Source: Amoebidium appalachense (Eukaryota > Protista > Ichthyosporea). Taken from it: a stretch of DNA of 64,000 bases. The stretch is taken from positions 6,551,264 to 6,615,263 of the forward strand of contig CAVNZM010000006.1 of the NCBI GenBank assembly GCA_963693365.1, read 5' to 3'. The notes under the pieces were generated by a model. The model worked only from the letters and a program-made list of their open reading frames with translations, had not been told where the DNA came from and searched no databases. Below, one piece after another: positions 29,097 through 43,718 of the stretch (positions are counted from its first letter, which is position 1; each line of letters opens with the position of its first letter). The translations under genes and the position numbers were made by a program.

Positions 29097-30155
29097 ACCA
29101 CCACCCCTCCCCCTGCCCCACCACACAGACACACGCGCGCCACTTCCATCACCAGCCCCCAGACTACACCACAACCCGCTCATCGTCCCTAGCACAGTCC
29201 CTTGTACAAACCCCCCCCCCTCCCCCTCCCCTCCCTCCCCCCCCCCTCCCCCCCCCCCACACACACACATACACACCCTGCCCACCCCCACCCCCACCCC
29301 CCTCCCTTCCCTCCCCATGCCACACACACACATTACCTATCCACAGTGCCTGCCTGCTTCTTCCTCTTTATGCTCTGCCCCTCCGTTCCCTCCCCGTTGT
29401 GCCGTTTTGCCGACTCTGTGTCTTTGCTCGCTGGTGTACCTTCCAATCCTGCATCGCTCTTTACGCTCCGTTTCTTCGGCACTGCAATGTGGGGCGGCGA
29501 AGGGGGGGGGGGGGGGGGGGGGGGAGGGGGGAGGGGGGGGGGGGGGGGGCGGGGACGGGGTATCTGGGACGGAGGGGAACGGACGGGAGGGGGAGGGAGG
29601 GGGGAGGTGGGGAGGGGGCAACCGAGGGCGGGGGAGGGGAGATGAAGGGGGGGACTGAAGAGGGGGAGGGGGGAGGGGAGGGAGGGTTATCAGATAACAG
29701 CAGACAGCAGAGTTTACAATCACACCGGAGAAGGGTATACGAATGTGTGAAAAGGCAACACAAGCACTGGAGGGGGGAGGGGGGGGGGGGCGGGCACGGG
29801 ATATCGGGACGGAGGGAACGGACGGGAGGGGGGGAGGGAGGGGGGAGGTGGGGAGGGGGCAACCGAGGGCGGGGGAGGGGAGATGAAGGGGGGGGACTGA
29901 AGGGGGGAGGGGAGGGAGGGTTATCAGATAACAGCAGACAGGAGAGTTTACAATCACACCGGAGAAGGGTAAACGAATGTATGAAAAGGCAACACACGCA
30001 CAATGTATGAAACAAAAAGAAGAGTCCATTCTCAGGCATGCCCCAGGCAACATATAGTACCCGAATTTCAACTCGTTCACCTTGCATGCGGACAACAACA
30101 AAACAGGAAAATACTTGAACGTGGGTAGGTCACCAGTTGGAAGGATGAGGAGAGG

Positions 30156-30197
<42 letters not shown>

Positions 30198-30366
30198 TCA
30201 CGTGCTTGTCTGTGGAAACAAGCCTACTCCTTGCATGCGCCTGAGTGTGTCTGTGAACAAGCAAACATGTACCTACTCCGTTTGGTGTGTGTCTGTCTGC
30301 TAGTATGCGTATACGTGTATGGTTTTGTGTGTGTGTGTGTGTGTGTGTATGTGCGTGCGTGCGTGT

Positions 30367-30429
<63 letters not shown>

Positions 30430-30602
30430 TGTTGGGTGCCACACCTTGTGTATGCCCCCCCCCCCCCCCCCCCCCCCCCCCTCCCCCCCCCCCCCTGCAT
30501 TCACCTCCCTTCCCCTCGGTCACCACCTCATTTTTAGTTGTCCATTACTTACATTTGAACATGTTCGTTATTGAACGGGTGGTGGTAGTGTTTTTTTTTT
30601 TT

Positions 30603-30652
<50 letters not shown>

Positions 30653-30846
30653 AGGAGGGGTGGGTGAGGAGGGACGGTGGGGGATGTGTGTGTGCATGCC
30701 CGTCTTGTGCGTGCGTGTATGTGTTGTATGTGGGTATACAGATTAGAGCATTAGATCATGGGCCTACCTGTCTCCTTGGTAACCTTGGGCTTGGGGGGTG
30801 CCAAATCAACCAAAGCCCACCAGCCCTGTGTTGGGAGGGAGGGAAT

Positions 30847-30884
<38 letters not shown>

Positions 30885-32506
30885 ATAAGTATGTGGGACC
30901 AAAAAAAAAAAAGAAAAAAAAAAATAGGCAGCGTAAATTTATATTGAGGATGGATTGCAGAAGAAAGTGACAGCAGGTAGAGGTGTCCATACGAGGGAAG
31001 AGGGGGGAGGGGGGGATACGCGGAGCTTGGGGGAGGGGGGGGGGGGGGGGGGGGGAGACGGGGGGAGGGGGGGGGGGAGGGGGGGGGAGACGAGGGGAGG
31101 GGGGGGAGACGGGGGGAGGGGGGGGGGGGGGGGGGGGGAGGGGGGGAGGGGGGTACAAAGAGAAGGGAGCGGACATGAACAGGAATGGTCCCTAGACAAC
31201 AAGGTGTACGTTGTACTAGGTGTGCGTGTATGTGTAGGTGCGTGAGGGGCAAGAGAGGGGGGGCGAGGGGGGAGAGTGGGTACTACGGTGCTTGCTGTTT
31301 GTGTTCCATCCTGATCAGTATCACTATCTGCTCATCCATTTCACCTCGTGTGTTGCGTAAGTTACTAAGCACACACATGCTCGTGTGTATACAACAGCAA
31401 TATGTTGATGTCAGCTGGACACGTGTGTGTATGTACTGCATGTGTGAAATTGTATACGTGCGTGTGCGAGCATACACCATGCGTATGTACGTGTGTGGCG
31501 CTTGTGTACCTGTATGTTTGTGTTTGCGTGCATGCACGTCTGCATGTAACCATGTACATCTGTGTGTGCGCACGGGCGCGCACAAGTGTGCGAACGTATA
31601 TACACACTGTGTGTGTCTGTGTGTGTATTGTGTGTGTGTGTGTAGGTGTGTGTACGTGTGTGTGTGTGTGTGTATGGATGTGTGTGTGTTTTCTTACTGT
31701 GTATGGACTCGCGTGTCCATGTACATGTGTGCAGCCATGTGTGCGCACGTGGTACTCTGTGCGAAGCACATCTCCATGTGCACAGTCTGTGCACGTGTAT
31801 TTATCTTTGTGTGTGTGTGTGCGCGCGCGAGCATGCATATGTGTGCATATGCATGTGCATGTGCATGTTCATGAGCTCTCACACTTGCACGGCATGTGCA
31901 TGCATGTGTGTGTCCCTGCGCATGCATGTGTGTGTCCCTGCGCATGCATGTGTGTGTCCCTGCGCATGCATGTGTGTGTCCCTGCGCATGCATGTGTGTG
32001 TCCCTGCGCATGCATGTGTGTGTCCCTGCGCATGCATGTGTGTGTCCCTGCGCATGCATGTGTGTCCCTGCGCATGCATGTGTGTGTCCCTGCGCATGCA
32101 TGTGTGTGTCCCTGCGCATGCATGTGTGTGTCCCTGCGCATGCACATGCACTGCGCGCGCACATTCACGTGCATGTGTACCCACCTGCTGCTTGTTGTTC
32201 TGCTCGAAGCCATTCAGAAACACGTCGTTGCTGGTGGAGAGAGTGCTGTCCACACACATACTCTTAATACCCTCCCTGTCTTCCCATCCCCCCCCCCTCC
32301 CCCCCCTCCCCCCCTCCCCCCCCCCCCCACACACACACCCAACCCCATCCCTCCCCTTTTCCACACACGCAAAAACACACAAACAAACACACACACATAC
32401 CCTCTTTCCAAAATAGGCATCCAGTCAAAAGTGTGAATCCCTCACATGTGCTTACAAGTCTCCTCTCTGGTTTTCCAGTTCTCAATCTGTGGTATGCATG
32501 CCCCGA

Positions 32507-32595
<89 letters not shown>

Positions 32596-32734
32596 GCACG
32601 CATGTGCGGGCCCGAGTGTGTGTACGTGTCTGAGAGTTTGTGTACGTGTGCACTTTGTGTGTGCGGGCACGCACCCACGGTTGTCTGCATGTGTGTGTGT
32701 TTGTTTTCACGAACACACTGGAACAAGGCGTTCC

Positions 32735-32786
<52 letters not shown>

Positions 32787-33235
32787 AAAAGAACCATCAT
32801 CACTACCCTCAAACCCTCTATAGACAGTGAACAGAGCAGACCTGCTGGATAGCATGACGTTATTGCAGGCAATTCCAATTTCCTGGATACTTTAAACCCA
32901 TTCAGTTTTTTTATCACCATCTCCGAGATGCATAATGGGATTATGCACACCCATAGCAAATAAAGCCTGATCTGTAATATACAGGTCGATCGTTACACCC
33001 AAAACTTTTTATACTTCTTGTCTTCCCCCCCCCCCCCCCTCCCCCCACCCACCCCACCCCCACCCACCCACCCACTCCCTGCCCCCCCGCCCACTTCTCT
33101 CCTCTCCCCCCCCTTCCCCCCCCCCCTCCCCCCATAAAAAAAAACAAAAAAAAAAAACACACACACAACACCACCACCATCACTGCTACCACATCTTTTT
33201 CACCGCCTTCCCCCCCCCCCCCCCCCCCCCCCCCC

Positions 33236-33280
<45 letters not shown>

Positions 33281-34443
33281 TTGTCTTACCTTGCAACGGT
33301 GCTTTGCCAAGTCGGCGTTCTCTTCTTACTGGGAATGAGATAGTCCCAATGGCTGGTCGGTGGGAGAGGCGGGGAGAGGGGGAGAGGGGGAGAAGGGGTG
33401 GTAACCGGGAGGGGGGGGGGGGGGGGGGGGGTGGAGCATGGGGAGCGGGGGAAGGGGTGGTGAGGGAGGGGGGGGGGGGGGGGGGGTGGCGGCCGTGAGC
33501 AAGGAAAACACTTCCGTCATTGTGTGATTTGGATTTCTGTGCGTTGTTTGCGCGTTTCTTCTGCCCGTGTATGCACCCTCTAAAAAAAATAATCGAATGT
33601 ACCTACTACCAGCATTTCTCGTTGAGTGGGGTAAATGTGTGTGCGTGTGTGTTTCTATTCTTTCTTTTTTTTTTTTTTTTGGAAGGGAGGGGAGGGGAGG
33701 GGGGGGAGGGGCGTGGGTTACATCTCTGTGTGTATGTATGTGTGCGTAGGGTGTGCACGCGCGTGTGTGCGTGTGTTGTGGGGGGCCGGGTGTGGGTGGG
33801 TGGGTAGGTGTATATGGGTGGAGTGGTCGGGTGAGTGTGTGCGTGCCCGCACACGTGTGCCTGTGTATGTGTGCATGTATGTGTGTGACCGTGTGTGTGT
33901 GTGTGTGTGTGCATGTATGTGTGTGACCGTGTGTGTGTGTTGTGTGCATGTATGTGTGTGACCGTGTGTGTGTGTGTGTGTGTGTGTGTACGACTGTGCC
34001 TGTGTGCATCTTTGTATGTGGTCTGGTGTGCGGCGCTTGTGTCCGGTTCTGTGCCGTCAACGGGGGGAAGCAGACGCAGTACGAAAATAAGAGGATGGGA
34101 ATCATGTGTTCTTTGGGCGTAAGCAGGAATTAGGGGGGGGAAAAAAGCACAACGCACAAGTCACCTCTTTCCCCCCCCCTCCCCCCCCCCCCCCCCCCCC
34201 GGCCTCCCCCCCAGTTTCCTCTAAGGCGTATGTGTCCACCTTCCTACCGGGCCCTTCACCTGCCCTGTCATTGATTAACTTCGATTCCCTTATGGTTCAA
34301 CACGCACTCTTCTCTCTGTTCTCTTTCCAAACCCCCATCTCCGACCTTCCCCTTTGCCCCCCACACTCGCTAACACACATCTACACATACACACACATAC
34401 ACACACATACACACAAGCACACACAAACGCACACACACACAAA

Positions 34444-34474
<31 letters not shown>

Positions 34475-34866
34475 CCACACACACACCCTCCCCCCTCCCC
34501 CTCATCCTCCCCCCCCCCCCCCCCTCCAACCCCCCCCCCCCCCCCCTCCCCCCCCCCCCCCCCCCCCCCCCCACCACACACACACCTGTCGATCAGGTTG
34601 CATATGTCCTCCCTCCACCGGAAGAAGATGTTCTTTTCGGACGCCAGTGTCAGCTGGTATATGGCAAAATGGGTAACCTCCTGCCTGCACTCCAGCAAGG
34701 GGGGGAGAGGGATGGGGGGGAGGGGGGTCAGTTTGTGGTTGACAGTTTTTTTAGTGCATAAGCCCACGACGGATCACCGTAGCATGCATGTATAAAAAGG
34801 GAGGACACGCACACTGTTTGAAACATAAGACGTCTAAGTGCCAAGCCCTCTCTCTCTCTCTCTCTC

Positions 34867-34932
<66 letters not shown>

Positions 34933-35378
34933 CCCCCCCCCTCCCCCCAACCCTCTTAGAGAGGGGGGAAGGGGGGTTAATATCATCATGTGCATGAGGC
35001 CAGCAAACCCAACCCCACACTCCTTCCATCTCCCCTACTTTCTCATCTGTCCTGCTACTTCCAAATTTGAAATTAACTTAGAAAACTCTGCTTAGCTGAA
35101 AATATATTTGTTATTTATTTCGGTGAATGTCCCTCAGCTTCGTAGGTTCCCCTTTTCTCCCCACCCTATTATCCCCCCCCCCCCCCCCCCCCCCCGCCCC
35201 CCCGATTTTTTATTATATATTATTATTATATTATTTTATATTATTACACCTAAGCATCCCCTACCGTCCCCGTTCCTTCCCCCCCCCCCCCCCCCCCCAA
35301 ACCCTCCCTACGCAGTCCCGACCCTCTTTCTTCCCCCCCCCCCTCTCCCCCCCCCCTCCCCCCCCCCCCCCTCTCCCT

Positions 35379-35410
<32 letters not shown>

Positions 35411-36531
35411 CCCCCCCTCCCCCCCCTTCACCCCTTCGGCCCTTCCTCCCCACATACACACACCTAACGATCCCCTAGTTCACAAATTCAAGTACCCGTC
35501 AGCTTCCCTGCCTCTCAAAGTTTTCCCTATTTCCATCCTTTCACCCCTTTGCTGACAAGCAGACAAGACACCCACCTTCCTTTTCTTCCCTCGCCCCTTC
35601 CCCCTTCCCTCCCTTCCCTCCCTCCCCCCCTCTTGCAGCAAAAACAAAAGCCAAAGAAGGAGAAGAAGAAGAAAGGAGAAAAAAAGGGGAAGAGAGGGAA
35701 AAAACGGACAAACCACCAAACACAAGAAAGGTGTTGCCAAAACGGATACGAAGTGGTCACAAGACGGCAGCGATGGCAAGAAAATCTGAGAGATGACGAG
35801 ACAACTGAGAGACAGCGAGAAAATATGAAAGACGGCGAGAAAATATGAAAGACGGCGAGAAAGTATCTGAGAGATAGCGAGAAAATCTAAGAGATGGCAA
35901 GAAAATATGAGAAACAGCGAGAAAATCTAAGAAATGGCAAGGAAATCTAAGAGAGTGAGAAAATCTGAGAGACGGCGAGAAAATCTGAGAGACAGCGAGA
36001 AAATCTAAGAAATGGCAAGGAAATCTAAGAGAGTGAGAAAATCTGAGAGACGGCGAGAAAATCTGAGAGACGGCGAGAAAATCTGAGAGATGGCCAGAAA
36101 AATCTGGACGTGTGACACACCAAGTCATGGGCAGCCTCTCGATATTGGCCTTGCCCTTGTTGCACTTGCTGCACATGGCCCGGAAGAACCAATCACCGTC
36201 CACACGAGGGCTACCGTTGAACTCAGGTACCTCTTCTGCATAAAGAGAAAAAGGGATAGAAAAAAAGGAGGGGGGAGAAGGGGGGGGGGGGGAGGGGGGG
36301 GGATATTAGGGGAGGAGGGAGATGGGCAGGAGCGGGAGAGGGACGAATGATAGGAAGGGTGGGAAGTTGATCCGGCGGAGTAGAAGGAGGGGACGGGGGG
36401 AAGGAGAGGGGGGTGGTGGGGGTAAGGACTGAAGCATGCAAAGGTGGGTGTGAGAAAAACGAAAGGAACAAAAAGGCAAAGGGGACGGGGGGGGGGAGGG
36501 GGGAAGGGGGGGGTGAGAAGGGGATGAAGGT

Positions 36532-36577
<46 letters not shown>

Positions 36578-37820
36578 GGAAGTGAGAGGTTCGAGAGGAG
36601 GGAGCACGGTTATTGAAGACTTGGGGTGAGTAGATAAGGTAGTGTTTGTTTACAAACAAAGAGAAACGAAAGGAGACGACGAGGCGTCACACACGTGCTT
36701 TCCTTGTGGCCCATGCATGCTTCGCGAAGTATTTGCATGCGTGAGTAACGGAAGGGGGCAGGGTGGGGTGAAGGAAGTGAGGGAGGTACGCGACGATACT
36801 ATGTGTTTGTGTGTGGGTGTGGAAGTGTGTGCTGAGAGGGGGAGGGGCGGGGGGAAGGGGGGAGGGGAGGGGGGAGGGGAGGGGAGGCATATTACCCTCT
36901 GGAACAAGGGTGCCACAGACGAAGCAGAATAACTGCACGTCTTCAATCTCCACCCTGGGGGCAACGGTGACCTTGTCAGAGGCGTGAATGTGAAATGAAA
37001 AAAAAAAAATGGGGTTCACCTCTGTAGGTGCTTGTGTCTGTTTCTTTCCCCCTCCGCACGGCGGGTGGGTGGGTGGTGGTGGTGGTGGTGGTGGTGGTGG
37101 TGGGGGGGGGGGGGGGAGATTGGGGGGGGGGGGGGGGGGGGGGGGGGGAGGGTAAAGAGGGCAGAGGGCTTGGAAAGGGTTGGGGGGGGGGGGGGGGGGG
37201 GGGGGGCATCTGATGCACATGGGTAGCCAAATCCATAAACCTATACATACAGACACTCTCTCTATTATCTCCTCGTCCCCTATTCAGAGCACACAACTTA
37301 GATTTTCGACGCCCAACAATCGTTTCATTGGAAGTATTTCACACAAAAAATAGGAACTAGAAACCCAAACTCAACAACTGAGGTCTTGCTTTGTGTTAAT
37401 CCTCCATGTTCCAGAAAATACTCAAGTCACTGTCAAGTGCATATAGCAGGCAGTAGGCTGGGAGTGCTCACCCAGACACCATACCCCATCACCAAGCATC
37501 AGCTCTTTACACAGCCCAAAGCGCTCCGGACCTCTCTGCTTATGCAAGCAACATCGGTTTGCTACGTTTCCGGATTTGGGTGCTGCCGCCTCCCTATGCT
37601 TTCATGGAGCTTTTAAAGCGGTCCCTTTCGCTGCCACATACACCCAACGAAAAGAGAATTGAGAAGCTACAGACTAAGCAAATAATGGTTAGTTCTGAAA
37701 AGTAACCCTTTCCGTGAACCCTTCCAACTGTAGTTCCATGTTTGCAAGAAAAATATCGAACGAAAACCCGAAATTAAACGAAAAGATTAAAGGTCATTAA
37801 GGGAACACTTACTCTGCCAT
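15550..37820 (-). CDS. KAT14: KAT14/CSRP2BP (ATAC2-type) lysine acetyltransferase, 18 exons, ~1010 aa
   Basis: Exons (minus strand): 37820-37813, 36954-36896, 36235-36121, 34684-34586, 33352-33290, 32245-32185, 30825-30768, 29481-29337, 27205-25948, 25370-25094, 24074-23972, 23263-23145, 21905-21788, 21001-20911, 18304-18186, 17659-17604, 16453-16343, 15723-15550. All introns are GT-AG and phases are consistent except for one extra base in exon 10. N-terminal [48 protein letters not shown], central [21 protein letters not shown] and C-terminal GNAT region [71 protein letters not shown] match the KAT14 family as I recall it. Confidence 0.92.
18337..20477. repeat. 42-bp minisatellite (~51 copies), unit GTGTACGTGTGTGTGTGCATCTACATGTCCATATAAGTGTAG, in a KAT14 intron
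   Basis: Near-identical head-to-tail units with 40-bp variants and runs of a GTGCGT variant; no unique spacers. Confidence 0.97.
20528..20910. repeat. Degenerate ~20-bp repeat CCAGTGAGCTATTCATAGTA running up to a KAT14 splice donor
   Basis: Copies at ~20528, 20548, 20640, 20658, 20678 and 20890. Confidence 0.7.
22378..22808. repeat. (GAGT)n tetranucleotide array
   Basis: Seen directly, ~430 bp with occasional TAGGT interruptions. Confidence 0.95.
29552..30000. repeat. Tandem duplication of ~240 bp in a KAT14 intron
   Basis: GGGTTATCAGATAACAGCAGACAG.AGAGTTTACAATCACACCGGAGAAGGGTA occurs at ~29684 and ~29918 with matching G-rich upstream sequence. Confidence 0.85.
31895..32143. repeat. 20-bp minisatellite GTGTGTCCCTGCGCATGCAT(GT) (~11-12 copies)
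   Basis: Seen directly; units vary by a GT dinucleotide. Confidence 0.9.
35778..36105. repeat. Degenerate ~20-bp repeat AGAAAATCTGAGAGACGGCG with a higher-order ~78-bp duplication
   Basis: Seen directly; begins just inside the intron after the donor of KAT14 exon 3. Confidence 0.85.
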
Positions 37821-39290
37821 CCTCACACATGCATGTGTAAGGTAAGTCCGTAGCCAACACCGATGAGTTAGCTTTCATCCGCCAAGAGAGCCTTGAGTTA
37901 TTTTAACTAGTATTGCTATATGATCATTGTTTGCATGCGCTCTCGTGAGGTCAGAGCAACATGGACTCCCTTTTCCTCCCACACAACCTAAGGCTACAAA
38001 GAGGTGCAGAAGCTCGCCTCTTGAGAACAGTTTTCAATAACTATACCTTCTACTTTCTAAGCTAGCCTATGCTCTTATGGTGGTTTTACTAAGGGGAATA
38101 AAAAATAGCTGGGAGAGAGCTTCACTGCCTATAAAGTTTCCAAGCCGAACTCCGAGGCTTTCAACAGAGGCAACACATATAAAGGCTTTTATACTCTCTC
38201 ATGTGCCATTGAAGAGAAGAAGCATATGGCACCAAAAGCCTGTTGCTGCTCTAGTGCTCAAGTTACTCAACGGAATTGGTGTTTCAAGGACACATGGTTC
38301 CAGTTTTCGCTGAGTTTTTGGGGAGAGCTCGAGAGGCTTTGTCCCCGGCTCGCGCGCTCGACGGTCAGCGCGCGCCCGCTCAGTGAGGCTGCACGGCGGG
38401 TCAGGGGTTCAAAGGCCCGGGTACCATATCAGGAGCGGGCAATTTTTGAATTCTCCCTCCCCGGCCCCGCCGGGGAAAATTTGAGGTTTTTGGACCTCAA
38501 AGAAGTCAAATCCTGCAAAATCCACTACCGGGAGGCCAAAAAGGGTGATTTTACAAAAAAGGAGGGACATACATGAAAAAGAGAAAATGGGCGAGTTCAG
38601 TGGGCTGCCGATAAGTATATTTCGTGCTGGGCCGGTATACATGCTGCCGTGGTTGTTGCTGTAGACGGCAGTATGGCATCGCATGTGTCACGTGACCTGC
38701 ACGTGAATGCGACCATGTGCAGGCACTGAGTCTAGGGGGATTTGTATGTGTGTTTTGGAGCACCGACAAGGCAGAGCCAGGGTGAGGGATGTGTAAACAT
38801 GGAGTTTAGGGAGATCGTGCTGCTATTGTAACATGTGCACAAAACAGCCACGTGCACCGGCACACTCCGGTGTACAGAACAATAATATGCACATGCGTCA
38901 CTGTAATATCATGTATGCGCATGCCGCACAAGGTTTAGGAGACCACCACAGTATATACTATTTTCTTTTGGTTGATATCCATGTAGGAATGGTGTGTTGC
39001 AGTTGTCATGATCAGCCTGAGGCAGGCACGTGCACTCACTGAATCACTAGAACTCATGAATAAAAAATACATTCGCTAAAAACGGCAAGGTAAATTTGGG
39101 GCCAAGCTATTATTTCCCCCTTTTAAACGTTTTTTTAGCTCCAAGAACTTCGACGCCAAAATTTCTATATTTGGCCATCGTATATGATAATGAACACGTG
39201 TACTTAAATTAAAGTAGTTATATAAATATGAGCGGCCCGTTACAAATACAGTGACGAAAAACAGTGACCCACGAGCAGTTTTTCTTTCTA

Positions 39291-39363
<73 letters not shown>

Positions 39364-40688
39364 AGACACACACACCACCACCACGGTGACCACCACCACC
39401 ACCACCACCACCACTCACCCCTTAAAAAAACCACACACATACGTGCACGTGTACACACACACACAGAACACCACCACCACCTCCACTGGACCCCATTTCC
39501 TCGTTGTTTTCTTAAGCCTTCAGACCAGTCCTGCACACTGGAGTTAAACAATTGAATTCACCTAGGCTGACATGCATCCACCCCCGCCTTCCACTTCCCC
39601 CCTCCCCCCACCCCCACCCCCCACCCCCCCCACCCCCACCCCCTCCCCCTCGATGAAGAAGGGCCCCCGTAAGCCTTGGGGGGGGGGGGAGGGGGGGGGG
39701 GGGAAGGGGAAGGGGGGAGCTCTTGAGCCTCCGGGTAGGGAAGTGGGGTCCGGGGATCCGGAGAGGAGGGGGGGGGGGGGGGGGGGGAAGGGGCATATAA
39801 TATTGGGCCTAGATATCATAGTATGGGGCCCCGGGGGAGGGAGAGGTGGGGGGGGGAGGGGGGAGGATCCACGGGAAAGACCTTTAGGTGCATGTTCTTA
39901 TTTATACCCCCTTCGAATCATCCCCCCTCTCCCCCCCCTCCCCCCCCCCCTGAGTGCAGGCCGTGACGTAGCTACGATAACCCTGCAGAAGGCAACAAAA
40001 ATGTATTAATTACTAGCACTATACATGTGTTCATAGTGCAGCTTGCACCACGTATGATCTCAGCAACTTTAAAGTAGTCACAAAGTTTAGTTATTTTCAT
40101 TATTTTCATTGCTCTGAACTCTATTACTCTGAAATGATCACCGTGCATGTGCCGCAAGATAACAACCCTATATGTGTGCAGCTGCTGCCTGCAGGTTAGA
40201 CTCGCTGAAAAGACAATTGTCAGTGTGCATCCGACGCTTGCAGCTGCAGCTAGCCTCTGCAACATTAATACTTGCCAAGTGAATGCTCTTACACTTGATC
40301 ATCATTCACTCAAAAAACCGAGGACCGACAGATTAAATATTAATGTCGATCCGAATGATCAGCAAGTGTCTATGCGTACTACTATATATACACACACGTA
40401 AAATGCGAAGCTATCAGTTACAAGGCACACCTGCTGCACTGGCACACATACACATACACACCGGCAGATCGATGCTGTCAAAATTTACTTTCATGTACTT
40501 CGTAGGTCCGACACAGGTGCACATGAACACGTACATATGTACAAGCCGCGCACACACCACACCACACATACACACACACACACACACACTCACACACACA
40601 CACGCACACACGCACACACGCACACACGCACACACGCACGCACGCACGCACACACACACACACACGCACGCACGCGCGCGCGCGCGCG

Positions 40689-40792
<104 letters not shown>

Positions 40793-41118
40793 GACACACA
40801 CACACACACACACATCACTGGGTGCGCTCGCTGGGGATTAGTTTTTTGGCACGCTGTTGACTTTATCGTGTGTTTATTATTTGCTATTTATTGGCCAGCG
40901 GCCAACATTTAAAAATATACTATATACCTAAAAATAGATACTGACTACGGCCAGCAGACATTATACACCTTCCAGGACACATTAACACCAATAGTCTAAC
41001 ACACCATACTCTCGATCACAAAGAATTCCTAACAAACAGAGAAAAGTGCAAAGGCTCTGTACTATTACTCAGATTCTAAATTTTAATTCTTTACAGTAAA
41101 CTTCGGAATGAAAGCTAG

Positions 41119-41153
<35 letters not shown>

Positions 41154-41239
41154 CCCCTAACATGACTGTACGAAGAACAGGTATAACTTGAAGCACTACA
41201 ACACATATGAGATCCGTTACATTGGTGTACATTCCAATA

Positions 41240-42903
41240 TTAGACACTAGTTTGGCTACTCTGACTACTCTGAGATCCTGATTGGCTGCCTGCAGACTTG
41301 CGGCCACGATTACTTTGCTTTCGATCGTGCCATTGCAGCTGCGTCTCTCCAGCAGGTGGCAACGCCAGGCCCAGCACAGCAGATGCACGAGAAGGGGGTG
41401 GGAACTGCCCACCAGCCGAGGGCTGGCCCACATGGCCCAAGTAAGGATGGGGACCGTGCTGCGGCAGTAGCCCAGGCATGGGGAAGGCAGGGCCGGGCTG
41501 AGGCGGCATGATGCCCCACGGTGGGGGCCAGCCATGTGGGTGGTGCGGGCCTGGATGGGGTGCAGGGGGCATGTGCGGCACATGGCCCTGCTGCATGTCA
41601 AGCGCGGGTGCTGGTGGCATGGCATCCTGATTGGCTGCAACCCAACGTGGGCAGCTCTTGGCCCGATTGGAGCCGAGGCAGCCCTTGCCCTGGCGGCCAC
41701 ACGTCTTGCAGGTCTTGGGGGCTCTCTGGGGTGGCTGCATAGGAGGGGGCACCGGCAAATCCATCTGCAGGGGCCCCTCAGGGCCAATGTTGCGATGCTT
41801 TTTGCCCACTAGCATGGGCAAGGGCCGCTCACGCTGCGCCCCTGCATCGACACCGTCTGGAACAGGGAGGGGTGGCAAGGGGGCAGGCCGTATGGTTGCT
41901 GGCACAGCGTCTGCCCTCTCCTCGCGCATACGCTTGCGGTGATCTGCCAGGCCCTCGTGTGTGGAGCGCTGTGCATGTGCCGTCTGCCAGGTCTTCCACT
42001 TGTCGAAATGCTTCTTGATGTAGGCCGCATCCTTCATGTAGATTCCCCCAGCCACAGAGGCAGCCTTGTTGAAGTCTTGGGCCAAAGCCTCGAACAGCTG
42101 GCCGTTGGGCTTTGCATGTGCCTTGTAGGTGCCCAGGAGCAGCGTGCTGAATAGCTTGCGCTCCTGAGGGGTAAGCACCGGAAGGAAGGGGATGGCCACA
42201 TGTTGCTTCTGCGCCAGGAACTTGTAGTCGCCCCTCAGTGCAGGGTCCGGCTGTGGTGCACCACGCGCCACCTGGTTGCCCCCCCCCCATGGCAGCACCG
42301 TCACCCTCCTCGACCTCACAGTCCTCTGGCCCGCCCATCACGCCATTGGCTGCAGGCTCGATGTTATCAGACGGAGGTGGGGGTGCGGGCACCGCAACTG
42401 GCTCCTGCGCCGGGGCATTGGCCACACAGGAGAGCGGGGCAAAGTTGAAGTACTCCTCCGGTAGCTTGTAGCAGCCTACGGGTACCCACTGGGGGTCGAG
42501 GTGATGGCCGTACAGCATCAGCGCCAGTGCCTCCATGTCGTCAACAATCCAGGGGCTGTAGTGGGGGGGCCCCGATGCCTGGCCCAGGCGGTTGCGGTAG
42601 TGTGCACGCAGGTTGTGGCGGTGGCGCCTATTGGACATGGTGGCGTCCAGCAGGCGCAGCGACATGCGTGTGGCCCCAAAGTGGGTGGCCAGGGGGTTGT
42701 GCACTGCCCCCTCCACCTCGTTGGTGCCCCGGATGCAGCGGTAGCGCATGAGCCCATCTGCGTCGGCAGTGGTCTCGTAGTAGAGGGGCAGGCCGGGGGG
42801 GTCCGACAGACAGCCATTTTGGGCGTGTTCGAGCAGCGACTGTGGGGGCACAAGCAAACATCAGAGAGATGGGTGGGTGGTGGTGGTGGTAGTGTGTGTG
42901 TAT

Positions 42904-42949
<46 letters not shown>

Positions 42950-43021
42950 TGGGGTTGCTAAGGAAAAAAACGAGCAGGGAAAGGCAAAAAACAACTGGCT
43001 AGGCAGCAAGGGCCGTGCGGG

Positions 43022-43083
<62 letters not shown>

Positions 43084-43675
43084 TGTGTGTGTGTATGTTT
43101 GGGGGGGGGGGGGGGGGGGGGGGGGGGAGGCTAGGGTGTGCGTGTGTGTGCAGATGAACCAAGGATGACAAATAAGCGAAGAATCTTTTCTGTGGTGGTG
43201 GAGTTGTTGGGCGCCTGCAGGGGGGGGGGGGGGGGGGGGGGGGGATGTTGCCTCGAGTCTTTCAAAGCCATCCTTCTTGAACAGAGGCTTGCCATCCGGT
43301 CCGGGCGGCACATCCTTGTAGGTGTTTTTGAACTCCACCAGCCGCGAGACCAGCGTGTATGGGTCGGGAATAACCCGCCGGATGCGCTCCATGAAGTAGC
43401 TCAGGTCGCCGCCCTTGAGCTCGGTTTCAATGTCGATGCCCTTCTGCTCCAGCACCCCCTGTGAGGCAGGATGCCAATATTAATTTACTACGCACACTGC
43501 AATTTGGGTTTGGTAGACTTTGATACCTGCCGTTATTGTAGGACCCCTCCCCTCCACCCCCCCCATCTTCTCCCCCAACACAAGTAAAAAATGCATGTGG
43601 CTCTTTCCCCCCACAACCCTACATTATTTCTCTCTAGGCATATGAATAACCCCCACTCTCCTCCCCCCCCCCCCC

Positions 43676-43718
<43 letters not shown>

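Noticed and set aside
38418-38432. GTACCATATC as a copy of the foldback terminal motif near the transposase gene
   Set aside because: It is a single short partial match, too weak to link the two elements.
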